NCBI GenBank assembly: GCA_964016885.1
Contig: OZ024741.1
Span: forward strand, 214,954,001 to 215,018,000
DNA: 64,000 bases
Reading direction: 5' to 3'
From: Eledone cirrhosa
Lineage: Eukaryota
Position numbers and translations under genes: made by a program. Below the pieces are notes generated by a model. The model worked only from the letters and a program-made list of their open reading frames with translations, was not told the DNA's origin and made no database searches. Shown here piece after piece: positions 61,200 through 64,000 of this stretch. Position 1 is the stretch's first letter. Each line of letters starts with the position of its first letter.

Positions 61200-61554
61200 G
61201 TGAAGAAGTGAAGAGGAAAGGGGGAGCGCCTCCTCTCTGGGCTTCCCCCGCGAAAAGAGTTGCACACTTTTCGGGGGTATGTGCAATCCCCAACACGCCC
61301 CCTCCCTTTTGAGGACTTTTTATTGTTATATTATTATTGTTATTCCTTTTTTCTTTACTCGATTTATGTAAACTCCCCCACTGTGTAAATGTCCCCTTCT
61401 TTTGTGCCCTCGTGGCAAATAAATAGAAATTTATCTATCTATCTATCTATCTATCTACAGCAGGGGGCTCACACACGCGGCTCGCGAACTACTTATCTGT
61501 GGCCTGTGGTAGAACCAATATTTCAAATCACATTATAACTGGTGATAAAAATAA

Positions 61555-61765
61555 GGCAGCGAGCTGGTGGAATCGTTAGCACATCTGGCGAAATGCTTAA
61601 CGGTACTTCTTCCGTTTTTACGTTCTGAGTTCAAATTCCGCCGTTCTCAACTTTGCCTTACATGCTTTTGGGGTCGATGAATTAAGTACCAGTTGTGTAC
61701 TAGGATCGATGCAATCGACTGAACACTAAACCCCAAATTTCATGCCTTGTTCCTATAGTAGAAAT
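61555..61765 (+). mobile_element. tRNA-derived Nin/Deu-type SINE (second subfamily)
   Basis: ggcagcgagctggtggaatcgttagc...gagttcaaattcc...ggggtcgatgaattaagtaccag; possible TSD attataactggtga on both sides. Confidence 0.8.
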
Positions 61766-61899
61766 GATTATAACTGGTGAAAATGTTCACCCACCACCAC
61801 GTTTCGCCCACTGTGCCTCTCCTCCAGGATGTAATAGCCCTTTTGTGTCCTTGAGTTTGAGACCCCTCTTCTACACACACACACACACACACATATATA

Positions 61900-62160
61900 T
61901 ATTTTACTTTTTTTCTGTCTCTGGACTACGCCCATGCTGGAGCATCACCTTGGTAAGTTATGGGGACGTCAACAAACCAACAAGCATTGGTGGGAGGACA
62001 AACACAAACGCAAAGACACACACAGACATATATACATATATACGACGGGCTTCTTTTAGTTTCGATCCATCAAATCCACTCACAGGGCTTTAGTCGGCCC
62101 AGGCAGTGGGACTGAACCCGGAAACATGTGGTTGGGAAACAAGCTTCTTGTCACACTGCA
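61900..62160 (-). mobile_element. Deleted CORE-type SINE fragment
   Basis: gcagtgggactgaacccggaaacatgtggttgg (head) and cccatgctggagcatcacc (tail resembling the LINE 3' UTR at ~18300). Confidence 0.6.
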
Positions 62161-62375
62161 TATATATATATCTTAAACCATTTTGTTTGTTTACCCTAGC
62201 GTCCCCTTTATTTACGTGTCCCAACGACTTTTTTTAGCCGTTGCTCGCACCAACCTGAGGTATATGGCCTTTAAAGCGATGAAATGCCTACGACGGTTGG
62301 AAGGCCACTGATGAAGGACAAACTTTTTCATATGTAACCCATTTGCAACGCCGCAGCTCCATTATTATCAATATT

Positions 62376-62468
<93 letters not shown>

Positions 62469-62839
62469 GTGTATGTGTGTGTGTGTGTGTCTTATATACA
62501 CACACACATACAGACACATTTATATATATAACCTTACACACTTAAATATAAATGCATGTATATATACAAATGTATAAATGCATAGCTATATACATACGTA
62601 AATGTATGTATGTATATATGTATGTATGTATGTAGATTTATATATATATAAGTATGTATGACTTATAAAACTTACCAAACTAAAGGGGCTTCTAGCGCCC
62701 TCAAAGTTTCAAACGCCCCCTTACTGCATAACGCCCCCCTAACGCACCCCTGGAGCTACGAAACGCCCCCCGGGGGGAGGGCATATTCCCCCCGTTGAGA
62801 ACCTTTAGTCTAGTGCTTTTTCACCATCAGCAAATGATT

Positions 62840-62980
62840 TTTGCTACTTTAGGCACAAGGCCAGCAATTACCCAGTACATTACTGGTACTTTATTTTATC
62901 GACCCCGTAAGGATGAAAGGCAATGTTAACCTCGGCGAGATTTGAACTCAGATCGTAAACGGCCGTAACTCTATGCACCA
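62840..62980 (-). mobile_element. Nin/Deu-type SINE, 5'-truncated
   Basis: SINE consensus match. Confidence 0.8.
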
Positions 62981-63228
62981 ACAGCAAATAATAAACTACA
63001 AACTAATAAACAAAGGAAGGAAGAGAAGACAAGCCATCAAAAGTGAAGCCCAAAAAGTGTTAACACCTTTATAATTAAGGTAGAATAATGGCGGGAAAAC
63101 TTGTCATTTCCACTTTGACTAAATTTCCGGAAAATGTGTAAAATAAAACAACTAATAATAAAATAAAGTGAATTATCTTGAAATTCTCTTTGTTTTCGTT
63201 TCATCTGTAAATGAAAGGAAAACAAAAG

Positions 63229-63450
63229 CATCATCATAATCATCATCATTATCGTCATCATCATCAACATCATCATCATCATCCTCATAATCACTATCAT
63301 CATCACCAACATCATCATCATTACTACCATGATCATTATCATCATCATCCTCGTCATTATCATCGGCATCATCATCATCATCAGCGCCATCATCATCAAC
63401 ACCATCATCATCATCGTCAACATCATCATCATTATCATCATAACCACCAT
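63229..63450. repeat. (CAT)n-like trinucleotide array
   Basis: Direct reading. Confidence 0.95.
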
Positions 63451-63640
63451 GGGCGGTGTATAGGCAGTATCGGTAGAGAGTCGGACGCCATGCTTTGCAG
63501 CATAGAGTTACGCCCCTTTACGGTTTTAGTTCAAATCCCGCCGAGGTTAACTTTGCCTTTCATCATTACGGGGTCGATAACATAAAGTACCAGTAATACA
63601 CAGGGATAATTGTGGCCTTGTGCCAAAAGTAGAAACAATT
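63451..63640 (+). mobile_element. Nin/Deu-type SINE, full length (another diverged minus-strand copy at ~63810-64000)
   Basis: ggcggtgtataggcagtatcggtagag...agttcaaatccc...ctttgcctttcatcattacggggtcgataa; candidate TSD cattat(cat)cataaccaccat. Confidence 0.85.
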
Positions 63641-64000
63641 ATCATTATAACCACCATCATCATCGTCATCAATAACACAAATACCATACAAGCAGTATTT
63701 CCACCATCAACAAAACACCACCACCAACACCACTACCATCAACAACAACAGCAACACCACGACCAACAATAGCATGATCTTTATTGCTGCCAATAAAATC
63801 AATAAAGATTTCTAGTTTTAGCGCAAGATCAATAATTTGAGGCTGGACTTGAAAAGTCTATTAAATGAACCCCAATACTGAACTGGTGCAATATTATATC
63901 GAACCTGGGATGATAAAATGCAAAGATGACCTCGATCAGTTTTAAACTCAGATCGTCAACAGCTGAAGGAAATGCTGCAAAGTATTTTGTCCGACGCTCT

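Larger units (their letters stand above)
55728..61431 (+). mobile_element. Tx1/L1-clade LINE copy 3, full length, essentially intact
   Basis: (TATC)n at 55703-55727 and 61432-61457; two uninterrupted ORFs; AATAAA at 61418. Confidence 0.96.

Noticed and set aside
56514-61296. Antisense and alternative-frame ORFs within LINE bodies
   Set aside because: They are shadow ORFs from codon and strand bias and are not conserved among the three copies.
61458-61510. cagggggctcac...gcggctcgcg as a hAT MITE end
   Set aside because: It is degenerate, and I found no partner TIR or TSD.

Overview
AT-rich, microsatellite-dense animal DNA. The SINE families and repeat content suggest a cephalopod such as an octopus (inference). 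I recognise no host protein-coding gene; nearly everything is transposable element or simple repeat. Contents: a Chapaev3-like (CMC) transposon end, a Naiad-type Penelope-like element (RT + GIY-YIG) with inverted pseudo-LTRs, and a CR1-group LINE whose ORF1 has Myb/SANT-like and CCCH domains. There are also three full-length Tx1/L1-clade LINEs (one almost intact), two hAT elements (one 12.4 kb with TIRs, TSD and nested cargo), many tRNA-derived SINEs and three tandem arrays. Three observations stand out. (1) In all three Tx1 copies ORF2 lies between a conserved 5' splice donor at the end of ORF1 and a TAG|G acceptor at the ORF2 stop, so ORF2 looks like a removable intron. (2) All three Tx1 copies sit in or after (TATC)n, suggesting a GATA-microsatellite-targeting family. 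(3) About a dozen minimal type I hammerhead ribozymes lie in Penelope-derived fold-back modules within (TA)n. All calls come from reading by eye; no searches or folding programs were run.
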